A stretch of DNA of 64,000 nt from Thermoplasmata archaeon (lineage in GTDB: Archaea; Thermoplasmatota; SW-10-69-26; JACQPN01; JAJPHT01): the NCBI GenBank assembly GCA_034667685.1, contig JAXDQU010000106.1, positions 32,001 through 96,000 of the forward strand, in the 5' to 3' direction. The position numbers and the translations under genes were made by a program. Each line of letters starts with the position of its first letter. The first letter of the stretch is position 1. Positions 54,019 through 63,361 of the stretch are shown piece by piece. The notes under the pieces were generated by a model, which did no database searches, was not told the DNA's origin, and worked only from the letters and a program-made list of their open reading frames with translations.

Positions 54019-57000
54019 CTAAAGCCTTCTCCGGAGGTCGCCGCGAGTGCCCAGCGCGGCCAGCGCGAGCGCGGCCAGCGGCGCGAGGACGGGCATCGGC
54101 GCGTCGTGCGGGCTGGCCGGGGGTGGCGTGCCGTCCGTGCCCCAGCCCGAGAAGCGCGAGTCGCCCAGCGGGCGCACGATGCGGACGCTCCAGCCGCGGG
54201 CTTCGCTCGCCGCGCCCTCGGGGCCCACGGCGCGCAGGGCGACGTCGTGGTGCCCGGCCGGCAGGTCGCGGGTGGTGGCGTCGAGGCGCCATTCGCCGCC
54301 GCTGGCGTTGAGCGGGGTCCACGTGCCCGCGTCGAGGCGCCATTCGACGGTGCCGTTGTCCGCGAGGCGCCCCGCGGCGTGGACGAGGCCGTACGCGATG
54401 GGCGCGGGGGGCTCGTCGACGACGAGCGCGGGCGGGGGGCGCGCGACCTGGATCTCGACGCGCGCCTCCTTCTTGGCGTCGATGCCGTGGTAGGCGTCGA
54501 CGAGCGCGACGTGGAGGCCGGGCGTCATGCCGCGCAGCGGGACGGTGAAGGCGATCGGCTGGCCCACGACGTCCTGCCAGGGTCCCGCGTCGAGGCGCCA
54601 GCGGACGGCGGTGACGTTCTGCGGGTGGTAGGCGCTGCCCTGGAGGTCGTAGTCGGCGCCGACGGGGTCGAGGGGCGCGTTGGCCACGGTCAGGACGAGC
54701 GCCTGGTCCTGCGCGCCGTTGGCGATGGTGATCGGGACGCTGGCGAGGCCTTCGGCGCCGGCTTCGTCGACGACGCGGGCGACGAGCCGGTAGTCGCCGT
54801 CGGGGAACGCGGTGCTATCAAGGAGGAGCCGCCAGTTGGCGAGGCCCTGCGCGGGCATCCAGGGGGAGGGGCCCAGCGCGTAGGTGCGCGTGCCGGAGCG
54901 GAGCTGGACCTCCACCCGGGTGAGGTTGCGGGGGCCTTCGGCGTGGCCCAGGAGGGCGACGGAGCCGCGGAGCGGGTCGCTGGGGAGGGGTTTCCCGATG
55001 GCGATCGTGGGGGGCGCGAGGCTGGGCGGGGCGGGGTCGACCTGGATGGCGAGCTGGGCGGTGGCGGTGGCGCCTTCGTCGTCGAGGACGGTGAGCTTGG
55101 CGGCGTAGACGCCCGGCGCGGGGTAGACGAACGTGCAGCGGGTGGCGGCGCCGTCGCAGTCGGGGAGGCCGTCGCCGTCGGCGTCGAATTGATAGCGCGC
55201 GAGGCGGCCGTCGGGGTCGCGGCTCGCGTCGGCGACGAGCGTGAGGGGCCAGCCGGAGACGCCGGTGGGCGCGGTGAGGTTGGCCTGCGGGGGGACGTTG
55301 GCGATGCGCAGCGTGGTGTTGGCCTCCGCGGTGGCGCCGGCGGCGTTGCGCGCGACGAGGGAGACGACGTAGTCGCCCGCCCTGGCGTAGGCGTGCGTGG
55401 GCTCCAGCCCGGTCGCGTTCGTTCCGTCGCCGAAGTCCCACGCGAGCGAGGCGATCCCGCCCATGGCGTCGTTGCCCACGGCGCGGAACGAGACGGGCTC
55501 CAGCGCGCGCGGGTCGGCGGGCGCCGCGAGGATGGCGCGCACCTGCGGCGCGGCGTCGCCCACGAGGATTTGGCGGGTCAGGTTGGCGCTCAGGCCCCAG
55601 TCGTCGGTGATCGTGAGCGTCACGTCGTACGCGCCGGGGGCGGGGAAGGCGTGCGCGACGTCGCGCCCCCAGGCGCCGAAGCTCCACGACCAGTTGACGA
55701 TATCACCGTCGGGCTTGCGCGAGAGGTCGAGGAAGCCCACGGGCTCGCCGGCGCGCGGGGCCAGGGGCGCCCAGGTGAACGCCGGCGTGGGCGCGACGTC
55801 CTGCACGTCGACGAGCTGTGTCGCGGTCGCGGTGGCGCCGGGCGCGTCCTGCACGGTGAGGGAGACGACGTGCGGCCCGCGCGCGACGAAGCGGTGCGTG
55901 GGGCTCGCGTCCGCGCTGGCGGCTCCGTCGCCGAAATCCCAGTGGCGCGCCACGAGCTGCCCCTCGGGGTCGAACGAGTCGTCCTCGAAGCTCACCTCAT
56001 CGAGCAGCGTGGGCGCGGCGGGCGCGAGGCGGAGGCGCGCGACGGGCGGCGCGTTGGCGATGGCGACGAGCGCGCTGGCGACGGGGCTCGCGGCGCCGCG
56101 GTCGTCGTAGACGGTGAGGTTCGCGCGGTAGAGCCCCTCCTGCGCGTAGCGGTGCGCCACGCTTGGCGAGGCGCCGCTCGCGGTCGCGCCGTCGCCGAAC
56201 TGCCAGGCGTAGCGGACCACGCGCCCGTCGGCGTCGGAGGCGTCGGCCCGGAACGAGGTGTCCGCGACCGCGAGCCCCGCGTCGACGTGGAGCGCGGCGA
56301 TGGGGGCCCGGTTGAGGGCGACGAGCGAGGCGTCGAGCGTGGCGGCGCGGCCGTGGTCGTCGTGCGCGAGGACGCGCAGCGCGTGGCCGCCAGGCGAGGC
56401 GAGCGCGACCTGCGCGGTGGCGCCCCGCGCGACGTCGACGCCATCGAGCGTCCAATGCGCGTCGGGATCGGCGGGCGCCAGGGAGAACGACAGCGGCGTC
56501 CCGGTGGGGCGCGGCGCCTCGTCGCCCGCGATGCCGGCGGAGCGGGGCGTCCGCACCGCGAAGGCGGACTCGCGCGGCGCGCCCTGCTGGCCGGCGCCGT
56601 CCACGGGCGTCGCGCGGACGACGTGCGTGCCCGAAAGGAGGCCGTCGACCTGCACCTGCCACGTCCACGCGCCGCCGTGCGCGGGTGCCGAGACGGGGGG
56701 CGCATCGTCGAGCGAGACGAGCACGCGCGCCGTGGAGGGGGAGACGACGCCGCGCGCGAGGATGCACGGCCCGGGGCACGAAGGATCGCCCGCGGAGCCG
56801 AACGCGTCGCCAGGTTGGGGCGCCTGGATCGCGAGCGTGGGCGGCGGGGTCGCGCCCGCGGCGACGTCGGACAGGGCCGGGAGGCTCGTCGCGTCGTCGC
56901 GGTGCGCGATCGCCACGAGGCGCGTGAGGCCCGCGGGGAGGTCGACGCTCGCGCGCCAGGCGGAGCCCACGAGCGTCGCGGGGATCGTCCGGTCGCCGAC

Positions 57001-57540
57001 GCGCACCTCCACGCTCGTGGCGTTGAGCGCGAGCCCGGCGACCTCGGTGGGGCCCGCGGGAAGCCCCGCGCCGTCGGGGGGCGCCGCGATGCGCGCGGTG
57101 GGGGGCGCGTCCGGCGCGGCGCGGACGAGGGCGCGCGCGGGCAGGGAGAACGAGTCGCCGTCCCAGGCACGGACCTCGAGAAGATGGTCGCCCGCGTCGA
57201 GGTCGAGCGGCGCGAGGAAGGGGACCTCGGGCGCGCCGCGGACGACGTCGGGCAGGCTCTCCCAGCGGCCGCCATCGACGCGCAGCTCGACGTCGTGCAC
57301 CGTCTGGCCCGGAGCGGCGCGCGCGTCCCCCGCGAGCGTCACGTGGAGCGCCACGCCCTCGCCGTCCGCGGGCGCGTCGAGGCGGAGCGTGGGCGGCGCC
57401 GGAAGCGCATTGGCCGCGAGCGGATCCACGAGGAACGCCGCGAGGCGCGAGCCCTGGCCGATCACCAGCGGGATCGACGCGGCGAGGAGGACGCCCAGGA
57501 CGAGGAGCGCAATCCACCCCGGCCGCTTCAGAGGAGGCAC
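54019..57540 (-). CDS. Large secreted PKD/Ig-repeat surface protein with C-terminal membrane anchor
   Basis: Repeated DxDG...WxFGDG...HxY...GxYxVxLTVxD PKD units; signal peptide; tail APMPVLAPLAALALAALGTRGDLRRRL. Confidence 0.9.
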   Translation of the reverse strand: MPPLKRPGWIALLVLGVLLAASIPLVIGQGSRLAAFLVDPLAANALPAPPTLRLDAPADGEGVALHVTLAGDARAAPGQTVHDVELRVDGGRWESLPDVVRGAPEVPFLAPLDLDAGDHLLEVRAWDGDSFSLPARALVRAAPDAPPTARIAAPPDGAGLPAGPTEVAGLALNATSVEVRVGDRTIPATLVGSAWRASVDLPAGLTRLVAIAHRDDATSLPALSDVAAGATPPPTLAIQAPQPGDAFGSAGDPSCPGPCILARGVVSPSTARVLVSLDDAPPVSAPAHGGAWTWQVQVDGLLSGTHVVRATPVDGAGQQGAPRESAFAVRTPRSAGIAGDEAPRPTGTPLSFSLAPADPDAHWTLDGVDVARGATAQVALASPGGHALRVLAHDDHGRAATLDASLVALNRAPIAALHVDAGLAVADTSFRADASDADGRVVRYAWQFGDGATASGASPSVAHRYAQEGLYRANLTVYDDRGAASPVASALVAIANAPPVARLRLAPAAPTLLDEVSFEDDSFDPEGQLVARHWDFGDGAASADASPTHRFVARGPHVVSLTVQDAPGATATATQLVDVQDVAPTPAFTWAPLAPRAGEPVGFLDLSRKPDGDIVNWSWSFGAWGRDVAHAFPAPGAYDVTLTITDDWGLSANLTRQILVGDAAPQVRAILAAPADPRALEPVSFRAVGNDAMGGIASLAWDFGDGTNATGLEPTHAYARAGDYVVSLVARNAAGATAEANTTLRIANVPPQANLTAPTGVSGWPLTLVADASRDPDGRLARYQFDADGDGLPDCDGAATRCTFVYPAPGVYAAKLTVLDDEGATATAQLAIQVDPAPPSLAPPTIAIGKPLPSDPLRGSVALLGHAEGPRNLTRVEVQLRSGTRTYALGPSPWMPAQGLANWRLLLDSTAFPDGDYRLVARVVDEAGAEGLASVPITIANGAQDQALVLTVANAPLDPVGADYDLQGSAYHPQNVTAVRWRLDAGPWQDVVGQPIAFTVPLRGMTPGLHVALVDAYHGIDAKKEARVEIQVARPPPALVVDEPPAPIAYGLVHAAGRLADNGTVEWRLDAGTWTPLNASGGEWRLDATTRDLPAGHHDVALRAVGPEGAASEARGWSVRIVRPLGDSRFSGWGTDGTPPPASPHDAPMPVLAPLAALALAALGTRGDLRRRL

Positions 57541-57971
57541 GCCCCGTCGCCGCAGCCCGAGGAGAGGTCGGTGATCGTGAACGCCGCGGGCTCCTGGCCG
57601 CAGTCGACCTGATGGCCCGCGAGGCGGACCGTGATATCAAAACGCGCGCCCGCGATCGGGTCGACGCTCAGCGTCCACGCCCCCTCGTCGAGGATCGCGC
57701 CCTGGCCCGGGAGCGGAAGCGGGGAGGAGATCGTGCGCTCGCCGTGGGTGGCGCGCATCGCGAAGAGCGCCGGGCCCGCCTCGGTGGCATCGACGCAGAC
57801 CACGACGCCCGCGGGGACCTCGACGCGCCACGACGCGGCGTCGAGCGGGGTGGGGTCGGCCACGAGACCCCGGACGTGGCGCGTGGCGACCGAGGCGATC
57901 TCGCCGCCCGCGAGCGGAACGAGGAGCGCCGCGGCGACCAGGATGGGGACAAGCCTCGCGCTGGCTCGCAT
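57528..57971 (-). CDS. Small secreted hypothetical protein
   Basis: Signal-like LVPILVAAALLVPLAGG; overlaps the PKD gene start. Confidence 0.6.
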   Translation of the reverse strand: MRASARLVPILVAAALLVPLAGGEIASVATRHVRGLVADPTPLDAASWRVEVPAGVVVCVDATEAGPALFAMRATHGERTISSPLPLPGQGAILDEGAWTLSVDPIAGARFDITVRLAGHQVDCGQEPAAFTITDLSSGCGDGACLL

Positions 57972-58266
57972 GCACGCCTCCACCCTGCCAGGCAGCCCGG
58001 ACGGGGATACGGTTTCGCGTGTCACGCCGAGGTGCACGCAGCTTGTACGTGACTTCGGTGACTCAGACCGGCAGAACCGGACTCGCTTAACTCAGGCTCA
58101 GGAATGCCCATTTCTTTTTCCTTTTCTCTGGAACCGCCCGAAGAATGCGCTTCAGGCACCGGCGATCTCGGCCCGGCATTCCTGGCTGGTCGGGGCGAGG
58201 GCCTCTGGGCCGCCGGAGGGGCGAAACGAGGCGTATTCTAGTGCGAAATCCAAACCGGCCAGATTT

Positions 58267-58308
58267 AACTAGGGAAGCAACTAGACGACCAACTAGGTGA
58301 GTCACTAG
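58267..58308 (+). promoter_or_regulatory. Phased (A/C)ACTAG direct repeats, four copies at 12-bp period
   Basis: ACTAG at 58268, 58280, 58292, 58304, ending next to ATG 58309; inverted copy CTAGT at 58238. Confidence 0.7.
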
Positions 58309-58626
58309 ATGGGGCTCGAAACGCGCGTCTGGCGCACCGGATTCGAATCCAACCTCCTCACGACCGTGCCGAAGGCCGTCCGCGTCCAGTTGAGCCTCGG
58401 GCCGGCGGACCGGCTGCGCTGGAACGTCGAGGGGGGTTACGCGCGGGTGACCAAGGCCGGGGCGGAGGAGGGGGAGGCCACCACCTACCGGCTCTACAAG
58501 CAGACGCGCGGGAACAGCCTCTACACCTCCCTCCCGGCCGCGGTCGCGGAGCAGCTCCGCATGAACGAGCGCTCCCGCGTCGAATGGGAGCTCCAGGGGA
58601 CGGCCGCCCATGTCCGCCGCGCTTGA
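58309..58626 (+). CDS. Tandem AbrB/SpoVT-like DNA-binding protein
   Basis: NLLTTVPKAVRVQLSLGPADRLRW and NSLYTSLPAAVAEQLRMNERSRVEW. Confidence 0.8.
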   Translation: MGLETRVWRTGFESNLLTTVPKAVRVQLSLGPADRLRWNVEGGYARVTKAGAEEGEATTYRLYKQTRGNSLYTSLPAAVAEQLRMNERSRVEWELQGTAAHVRRA

Positions 58627-59473
58627 CCGGCTCGGCAACGCCCCCGCCGTCCTCCTGGTCGAGGCGCCGCCCGACGCGAAGCGCTTCCGCGCGCTCACGC
58701 GCATCAGCGACGACAAGCTGCGCAGCATCCCGCAGCAGGCGCGCGAATGCGCCGCCTACGTCGAGGGCCTCGGCGCGCCCGCCGCGCTCGACGGCGTCTA
58801 CAACGTCGGCGAGCACAGCGGCTTCAGCATGACCCAGAGCCCCATCTACCAGCAGCTTCTCGCCGACGCGCGCAACGGCCGGTTCCACGCGCTGGTCGTC
58901 CGCGACAGCAGCCGCCTGGGGCGCGACTACTGGGAGAAGATGGGCACGCTGCGCGACCTGCGCGCCGCCAAGATCGAGTTCCACGTCATCGAGGACGGCG
59001 GCGCGTTCGACTTCGAGGACCGCCTCCACAAGGTCAAGAGCTGGGCGAGCACGTGGGCCGACGAGGAGAAGAAGCGCGAGGAGATCCGCAAGTCGCTGCG
59101 CGCCACGCAAGCCTTGCGTGACATGGGCCTTCCCACCGGCCGCCCGCCCTACGGCTACCGCAGCGCGAAGGACGCCAGGCTGGGCCGGCGCGTCTGGCGG
59201 GCGGAGCCGCGCGAGGCCGACGCCGTGCGCGCCCTCTACGCCGCGCTCCTGGCCGAGCCCGCCGCCAACCTCAGCGCGCTGGGCCGCGAGCACGACCTCA
59301 CGCCCAGCCAGGTCGACCGGATCCTCGGCAACCCGTGCTACCAGGGCGGTTTCCTCTGGGAGGGCGCATTCCGCGCCGCGGCGCCGGAGGTCGTGCCGGC
59401 GCTGGTGAGCCCGGAAGAGTTCGCGCGCGTCCAGGCCATCCGGGCCCAGCGTCGCCGCGCGCCGCGCGAGTGA
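58610..59473 (+). CDS. Serine recombinase (catalytic plus recombinase domain, no zinc ribbon)
   Basis: LTRIS catalytic Ser, SIPQQ, SG, LVVRDSSRLGRD, GRPPYGY, RILGNPCYQG. Confidence 0.88.
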   Translation: MSAALDRLGNAPAVLLVEAPPDAKRFRALTRISDDKLRSIPQQARECAAYVEGLGAPAALDGVYNVGEHSGFSMTQSPIYQQLLADARNGRFHALVVRDSSRLGRDYWEKMGTLRDLRAAKIEFHVIEDGGAFDFEDRLHKVKSWASTWADEEKKREEIRKSLRATQALRDMGLPTGRPPYGYRSAKDARLGRRVWRAEPREADAVRALYAALLAEPAANLSALGREHDLTPSQVDRILGNPCYQGGFLWEGAFRAAAPEVVPALVSPEEFARVQAIRAQRRRAPRE

Positions 59474-59485
59474 ACGGCCGCGCCC

Positions 59486-60493
59486 TCACGGCGAGGGCTT
59501 CTGCTGCTGGAAGCCCAGGAGGACGTTCATGAGGTCCGGCGAGCGGATGCGTTGCGTCATCTCGCGGCGCTCCAGGATCTTCTGCACGTTCTCGAAGAGC
59601 GTCTCGTCGATGACGGGCGGGATCACGTGCGGCTCGGCGCGGACGAACTCGCCCTTCCAGTTGAATCCGCCCGTGTAAGCGCGGTTGCGGAGGATCTTGC
59701 GCAGCAATTGCCGCGAGACGCCGAAGCGGCGGCTCAGGCTGCTGAACTCCTCGTAGGGCTCCTCGACGAGCGAGGCGAAGATGGCGCGCACCTTGGCGGC
59801 CTCGGGCGTCTGGCGCCACACCTTCCGCCGGGAGACGGGGTCGATGGCGGGCTCGTAGCCGTACGGGAGCGAGGTGGTGGGGAAGCGCGCGTCGCGGATC
59901 GCCTGGGTGGCGCGCATGCTCTTGCGGATCTCCTCGAGCTTCTTGCCCTCGTCGCCCCACGTGTTGGCGAACGAGCGCACCTTGCTCATGCTGTCCTCGT
60001 AGTCGAAGAAGCCGCCGTCCTCCAGGATGTGCAGCTCGACCTTGGCGCGGCGCAGGTCGCGGATGGTGCCCATCTTCTCCCAGTAGTCGCGGCCCAGGCG
60101 CGCGCCGTCGCGGGCCACGAGCGCGTCGAACTGCCCGGCCTCCGCGTCGTGGAGGACCTGGCTCATGATGGGGCTCTGGTCGATCTTGAAGCCGCTGTGC
60201 TCGCCGAGGCTGTAGACGCGGTCGATGATGCCGCCGATCTCCTCGGCGTCGGCGCGGCGCGCGCCCGCGACGGCGTCGCCCCAGGCGTAGCGGACGCACT
60301 CCTTGACCTGCTGGGGGATCGAGAGCAGCTTGTCGTCGCTGATGCGCACGAGGACGCGGAAGACCTTCGAGCCGCGGGCCTTGAGCGCGGCGGTCTCTTC
60401 GGGACGGAGGAGGTCGATCACGCGCGGCTCACGGTCGTCGGCGTCCTTCAGGCGCCGGTCGACCTCCGCAAGAAACGCGTCCAGGGTGTGCAT
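59486..60493 (-). CDS. Serine recombinase paralog, convergent
   Basis: LVRISDDKLLSIPQQ, DALVARDGARLGRD, LPYGY, ILRNRAYTG, PPVIDETLFENVQ. Confidence 0.88.
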   Translation of the reverse strand: MHTLDAFLAEVDRRLKDADDREPRVIDLLRPEETAALKARGSKVFRVLVRISDDKLLSIPQQVKECVRYAWGDAVAGARRADAEEIGGIIDRVYSLGEHSGFKIDQSPIMSQVLHDAEAGQFDALVARDGARLGRDYWEKMGTIRDLRRAKVELHILEDGGFFDYEDSMSKVRSFANTWGDEGKKLEEIRKSMRATQAIRDARFPTTSLPYGYEPAIDPVSRRKVWRQTPEAAKVRAIFASLVEEPYEEFSSLSRRFGVSRQLLRKILRNRAYTGGFNWKGEFVRAEPHVIPPVIDETLFENVQKILERREMTQRIRSPDLMNVLLGFQQQKPSP

Positions 60494-60541
60494 CCGAGGC
60501 TTAACACCCGGAGCGCGATGAAGAAGGTGCCGATGTTGAAA

Positions 60542-61060
60542 TCAGGCGACGCTCTCGGGCCGGCCCGCGAAGAGCGCGGCGAGCCCCCAGCCCAGCGGGA
60601 CGAGGACGTTGCCGAACATGAACGCGAAGACGCCTTCCTGCGCGTCGCCCACGAGCCAGAGGATGCCGGTGACGCAGGCGATGGCGAGGCCGGCGCGCGC
60701 CACGCTCAGCGTCGCCGCGCCGCGCCGGGCGCCGTAGGCCGCGATCGCGAGGCCGAGCGCGGAGCCGAGGGTGGCGAGGGTCACGGGCCCGACGTTGGTG
60801 AGGTGGCCCTGCGCGGCGTAGGCGACGATGTAGCCGACGTGCGCGGCGGCGGCGACGGCGAGGCCGACCGGGCTGGCGGCGTTCTGGCCCTCGGCGTCGG
60901 TGTAGAACCCGAACGCGGCGATGGCGAGGCCGATGCCCGCGACGAGGACCATCAACGCGGGAAAGAGGCCGTGGTCCACGCCCAGGAAGGCGATCGCCCA
61001 TTGGGCTTCGCCCACGCCGGCCAGCGCCAGCGCGATGGCCGTGAGAAGGCCCGTCCGCAT
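60542..61060 (-). CDS. Membrane hypothetical protein
   Basis: About six hydrophobic segments, 172 aa. Confidence 0.7.
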   Translation of the reverse strand: MRTGLLTAIALALAGVGEAQWAIAFLGVDHGLFPALMVLVAGIGLAIAAFGFYTDAEGQNAASPVGLAVAAAAHVGYIVAYAAQGHLTNVGPVTLATLGSALGLAIAAYGARRGAATLSVARAGLAIACVTGILWLVGDAQEGVFAFMFGNVLVPLGWGLAALFAGRPESVA

Positions 61061-61100
61061 GGGGGATATCCTTCTCCAGCCCCGCTTAAGCCAACCGGAA

Positions 61101-62420
61101 TTAGCCGAAGGCCGCGGCGGGGCTCTTCATCGCCTCGCGCAGCAGGCACGTGGCGTAGCTTCCCTTCAGCAGGAAGAAGCGGAGCAGGAGGCGCTCGCCG
61201 GCGTCGTCGGCGCCCGCGTCCCACGAGACGGGGCCCAGGGGAGCCAGAAGCTCGCGGCGGGTGCCGAAGCTGGCGACCTCCGGGAGGTGCGGGATGCGGA
61301 AGTCGCGCTGCCGATAGCCCGCCTCGGCGAGGACGTCGCGCTCGATCTCGCCCATGCGCCCTTCCGCCAGGCGCGAGCCGGTGCCCGCGATGGCGCCGGT
61401 GACGAGCGCCGCGCCCTTCGCGCACAGGCGCGCCACGCGCGCGTGGTTGAGCGGCGTGACGGCGTGCAGGCGCTCCTTGTCGGGACGCCCCTCCGCGTCG
61501 AGCCCCACGACGAGATCGCCGGGGCGCGGCTCGTTGAGGCCGATGCCTTCGCCCATGCGGCGGCTCACGATGCGGTTGAACAGGAGGCTCTGCGCGGCGT
61601 AGACGAACATGGTGCGCAGGTTGCTGGGCAGCGACAGGAGCGCGCCCTCGAAGTCGCGCGGGTGGCGCGCGAGGTGCTCCAGCATCGTGCGCTCGAAGCC
61701 CGCGTAGCGCGGGAAGCGCGCGAAGCTGGACTCGGCGTCGCGCGTGGCGTCGTAGTGCGCGCGCGCCTCGCGCAGCTCGTCGGACTCGGCCGGCTGCGGG
61801 TTGCCCACGTAGAGGCGCACGGCCTCCTCCAGGTCGCCCCGGACGATCTGCTCGCCCACGAGGTGCGTCACGGGGCGCACGACGCCGAAGCGCTGCACGC
61901 CGAAGTAGTTGGGGAAGCCCCCCTCGGCCTCGATGCGCGCGAGGATCGCGTGCAGGCTCTCCGCGGCCTCCTTGAGGGGGACGTCCGTCTCGCGCAGCGC
62001 GATGACGAAGCGGTTGCCCACCAGCTCGCCGATCTTGGGCGCGCGGTCCACGCGGCGCGTCTCCAGCACCTCGACGTCCTTGAGGTCCAGCGCGCGCACG
62101 CGCTCCTCGGGGGCGCGGAGGCTGACGTACTGCGTCGTGACGGCGCGCTTGTCCTTCGTTCCGGCGAAGAAGATCGTCTCGCGCGGCACGTTCAGGACGC
62201 GCGCCAGCTCGCCCATGAGGCGGTTGGTCTCCCAGTTGCGCACGCGCAGCGCGGCCACCGTGTACTTGCCCTCCGCCACGGGCGCGGGGAAGGCGAGCGG
62301 GACCTCCTCGACGACGAAGTCCTCGGGGCGGCTCTTCAGCCGGCCGCCGGTGCCGGGCAACGCCGCGGTGAGGTAGCGTTCGAGCCCGAGCGCCTTCTCA
62401 AAATCGCCGGGCTCGATCAT
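61101..62420 (-). CDS. truD: tRNA pseudouridine(13) synthase
   Basis: PEDFVVEE, AGTKDKRAVTTQ, GNRF, FPNYFGVQRFG, AQSLLFN, GSYATCLLRE. Confidence 0.95.
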   Translation of the reverse strand: MIEPGDFEKALGLERYLTAALPGTGGRLKSRPEDFVVEEVPLAFPAPVAEGKYTVAALRVRNWETNRLMGELARVLNVPRETIFFAGTKDKRAVTTQYVSLRAPEERVRALDLKDVEVLETRRVDRAPKIGELVGNRFVIALRETDVPLKEAAESLHAILARIEAEGGFPNYFGVQRFGVVRPVTHLVGEQIVRGDLEEAVRLYVGNPQPAESDELREARAHYDATRDAESSFARFPRYAGFERTMLEHLARHPRDFEGALLSLPSNLRTMFVYAAQSLLFNRIVSRRMGEGIGLNEPRPGDLVVGLDAEGRPDKERLHAVTPLNHARVARLCAKGAALVTGAIAGTGSRLAEGRMGEIERDVLAEAGYRQRDFRIPHLPEVASFGTRRELLAPLGPVSWDAGADDAGERLLLRFFLLKGSYATCLLREAMKSPAAAFG

Positions 62421-62429
62421 CGCATCGGC

Positions 62430-62708
62430 TCACTGGCCGGACGCGCGGACCAGCAGGGTCTCGAGCTCGTCGAACTGGGCGCGCAGCTCCTTGGCCGCGG
62501 TCTTGAGGGCCGCATCGGGCTTGCCGTTCTTGGTCTCGACGACGAAGAGCGGGTTGTCGAGGTACGGGTGGCCCATGACGTAGGTCGCGGTCTCGACGCT
62601 GGGGTCCTGGAGGAGCTTCTGCTTGAGGAGGTTCAGCAGCGTGTCGTTCTCGCCGATGACCTCGATCTCGAGCTTGTTGGCGGTCTTGTTGCGGAGGCGG
62701 AGTTCCAT
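62430..62708 (-). CDS. rpoL: RNA polymerase subunit L (Rpo11)
   Basis: GENDTLLNLL...ATY..GHP; downstream of csl4. Confidence 0.92.
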   Translation of the reverse strand: MELRLRNKTANKLEIEVIGENDTLLNLLKQKLLQDPSVETATYVMGHPYLDNPLFVVETKNGKPDAALKTAAKELRAQFDELETLLVRASGQ

Positions 62709-62717
62709 GAAGAGACC

Positions 62718-63287
62718 TCAGAGGATGGTGCCGACGCCGAAATCCTCGGCGAGCTTCTTGGTGTCCTTCCAGTCGCACTCGGGGCAGACGACGCCGCGGC
62801 CCTTCCGGGCCATGACGCTGCCGCAGCGCGGGCAGTAGGACTTCAGGACCCCGAGGTTCGGGGCCTTGGTGGTGAGCTGGATGGCGGGATCGGACTCGAT
62901 CACCTTGGCGCGGATGATATCACGGATGCGGAACGCGCTCTCCATGCTCTCGACGTACTGGTCGCTGCTCTTGGAGACGTGGAGCGTGCCGTTGGTGTCG
63001 CCGCCGATGCCGCGGTTGGGGTGGCTGGCCAGCGCCTTGACCTCGACGATCGCCATGCTGGGGCGCGTGGCGTGCACGACGCCGAGCACGATGTCGCCGG
63101 GCTTGACGACGGCGGGCTGCGCGACCAGCGGGTGGACGCGCGCCACGAAGTCCGAGGTGTCCAGCGTGAGCGTGCCGAACGTCGCGGCGTAGACCTCGCC
63201 GTTCTCCTCGTAGGTGCCGGGCCCGGGAACCCATTCCTCGGCGACGCCGACGGAATCCCCGGGGTAGACGAGACGCCGCTCCGCCAT
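62718..63287 (-). CDS. csl4: Exosome RNA-binding subunit Csl4
   Basis: VYPGD..G..EE..PGPGTYE, S1 domain, NLGV..CPRC...CPEC..KKLA. Confidence 0.93.
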   Translation of the reverse strand: MAERRLVYPGDSVGVAEEWVPGPGTYEENGEVYAATFGTLTLDTSDFVARVHPLVAQPAVVKPGDIVLGVVHATRPSMAIVEVKALASHPNRGIGGDTNGTLHVSKSSDQYVESMESAFRIRDIIRAKVIESDPAIQLTTKAPNLGVLKSYCPRCGSVMARKGRGVVCPECDWKDTKKLAEDFGVGTIL

Positions 63288-63316
63288 GAAAACCTGCGGC
63301 GAGCAAAGGGGCACCC

Positions 63317-63324
63317 CTATAAAG
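63317..63324 (-). promoter_or_regulatory. Probable TATA box of csl4-rpoL-truD
   Basis: CTTTATAG on the minus strand 30-37 nt before ATG 63287. Confidence 0.5.
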
Positions 63325-63361
63325 CCGCTCCGGGCCAAGACTTAGGAACGTGAGTACGGGA

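Noticed and set aside
53878-57612. 1244-aa plus-strand ORF and many other long Arg/Ala/Pro-rich ORFs in the track
   Set aside because: Stop-poor shadow frames typical of high-GC DNA, overlapping well-supported genes
58058-58305. GTGACTCA/TGAGTCAC inverted repeat as ends of an invertible promoter
   Set aside because: Only 8 bp with no extension; too weak without read evidence
58338-58352. TTCGAATCC T-loop-like tRNA motif
   Set aside because: Lies in the AbrB coding frame with no cloverleaf around it
58610-60493. Serine recombinases as the integrase of the 15580-22409 island
   Set aside because: They lie 36 kb away with no shared site motif seen, and a 22-bp identical core is more typical of tyrosine recombinases or homology-driven events
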